Assembly: GCF_036321535.1 (NCBI RefSeq)
Contig: NC_087437.1
Location: 41,976,001-42,040,000, forward strand
Source of the DNA: Camelus dromedarius
Lineage: Eukaryota
Direction: 5' to 3'
Length of the DNA: 64,000 bases
Position numbers and translations under genes: made by a program. The notes beneath the pieces are model-generated. The model did no database searches. It was not told the origin of the DNA and worked only from the letters and a program-made list of their open reading frames with translations. Of the stretch, positions 62,660-64,000 are shown one piece after another (position 1 is the first letter of the stretch; every line of letters begins with the position of its first letter).

Positions 62660-62930
62660 CATTATTTGACAGGATACTGTACTAGACACTTTATATGCAT
62701 TATTACAACTTCCAGTCCTCAGAACAACACTTATAGACCAACCCTTATAAAACAACCCTCAGAACAGCAAATAGCTCTTGTCATCATCCCTTTATGTAGG
62801 TCAGAAAAGTGCAGATCTGTCAGAGATTTTAAGTAATTTTCCCAATTACTTAAAATAGTGCTGAAGAGTGGTAGAACTCGCACCCAGACCTCAGCCTGAC
62901 TAGCTGTAAGGCTTTTATTTTTTGCACTGC
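62660..62930 (-). mobile_element. MIR with internal short duplication (cctcagaaca x2)
   Basis: ctgtactagacactttatatgcattatt...catccctttatgtaggtcagaaaagtg...cagagattttaagtaattttccca. Confidence 0.75.
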
Positions 62931-63149
62931 TCAGACTCTGCTCTTCCCAGTCTGTTTCCTCTCTGGCGGGATGCTTGCAGATTGGAGAGACTGATAAATA
63001 TATTTGACCCAGAGAAACATGCTGTCTGTACCTGGCTCTATATGAAAATCATACCTTGAGAAAAAAATGACATTGCGGCACCATTGTAAGACATGGCAAA
63101 TCTTATTCCTATAGGAAGGTAAAATTAGAAACCACGTTGAACTAAATAC

Positions 63150-63285
63150 TAGAAGAACTGACTTCTGGACCCTGTTGTTTCATCACCTGCCTGCTGGTCA
63201 GTTTGCTTCTGAGCCTCAGTTTCTTTACTTGCAAACAGTGAGACCTCTACTAAATCCTAAGGGACTTCTAACAACTCATTTCTAT
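63150..63285 (+). mobile_element. MIR fragment
   Basis: cttctgagcctcagtttctttacttgcaaa. Confidence 0.55.
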
Positions 63286-63349
63286 ATTTACTAACGTGAC
63301 CATAGGATGATAATCTTTTAAAATTCTACTAAATTTAAGCAGTGCCTGA

Positions 63350-63500
63350 GATACTCCTTGTGTTTATTTGTTTATATATCTGTATCCCCATAATTAAGAC
63401 TACCAGTACTTTGAGTATAGAGAATGCATCCTACTGGTTTTTGCATAGCACAGTGTCTAGACATAGCATCCTCCCAAAAATGAATGCATGAGGAATGAAG
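63350..63500 (+). mobile_element. L2 3' end
   Basis: tatttgtttatatatctgtatcccc...agactacc...tagcacagtgtctagacatag...aaatgaatg. Confidence 0.6.
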
Positions 63501-63604
63501 ATGTGCTCTAGGAGATTTATGGTCAGTTGCTTTTGGGTAGTTTATTTATAACCCCAGTTTTACTAGCTTAGTTCTTTGGTTATGTGCTCATCATTAAAAA
63601 AAAT

Positions 63605-64000
63605 TTTTTTTTAATTCTGGTGAAGTGCATATAACTAACTATTAATTCCAGAGAATTAACTATTCTAATTCTTTGGCGTTTAGTATATTTACAGTATTGT
63701 GCAATCACTATTTCTATCTAGTTCTAAAATATTTTCATCACCCCGAAAGGAAACCCTGCACCCAATAAGCAGTTACTTCCCAAATCCCTACCACCCCTCA
63801 GCCCTTGGAAACCACAAATCTGAGTTTTGTCTCTGTTGGTTTATTTATTCTAGATATTTTATATACATAGAATTACACAATATGTGACCTTTTGTGTCTG
63901 GTCATAATGTTTTCAAGGTTCATCCCCCTTGTAGCATACTTAACATAATGTTTTCAAGGTTCATCCCCCTTGTAGCATATATCAGTACTTCACTCCTTTT
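63605..64000 (-). mobile_element. L1 (L1MB-like) 3' end, runs off the window
   Basis: tttagtatatttacagtattgtgcaatcacta...attttcatcaccccgaaaggaaaccc...ccccctcagcccttggaaaccac...gaccttttgtgtctgg. Confidence 0.9.

Larger units (their letters stand above)
1..64000 (+). other. Probable interior of a large intron of an unidentified + strand gene
   Basis: Visible T>A and G>C excess on the + strand (by eye, not computed); the main L1 remnants are antisense to +; no coding exon recognised. Inference from known transcription-associated asymmetries. Confidence 0.65.

Overview
This is eutherian genomic DNA, very probably camelid (alpaca, llama or camel). Two tRNA-Ala-derived vic-1-type SINEs with target-site duplications (TSDs) and a young, tiny L1 3' tail support that assignment. 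I found no convincing protein-coding exon, RNA gene or CRISPR array; the only ORF with recognisable homology is a decayed L1 ORF2 C-terminal fragment (16829-17131, minus). The + strand looks T>A and G>C skewed and the main L1 fragments all lie on the minus strand, so the window is most likely inside a large intron of a gene transcribed on +, which I cannot name. It is filled with ancient repeats (MIR, L2, L3/CR1, L1MB/MC/ME, MER5, MER53, MER58, MER63, MER104), microsatellites and a few CpG-retaining, motif-rich patches that look like enhancers. I found no well-supported novel biological system. The best leads are an inverted SINE pair, a candidate exonised antisense MIR followed by a second candidate exon, candidate recursive AG|GT splice sites, a perfect 52-bp alternating purine-pyrimidine palindrome, a 56-bp L1 insertion with a perfect TSD, and a templated-insertion scar in an L1. 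Repeat family names come from remembered consensus sequences and boundaries are approximate.
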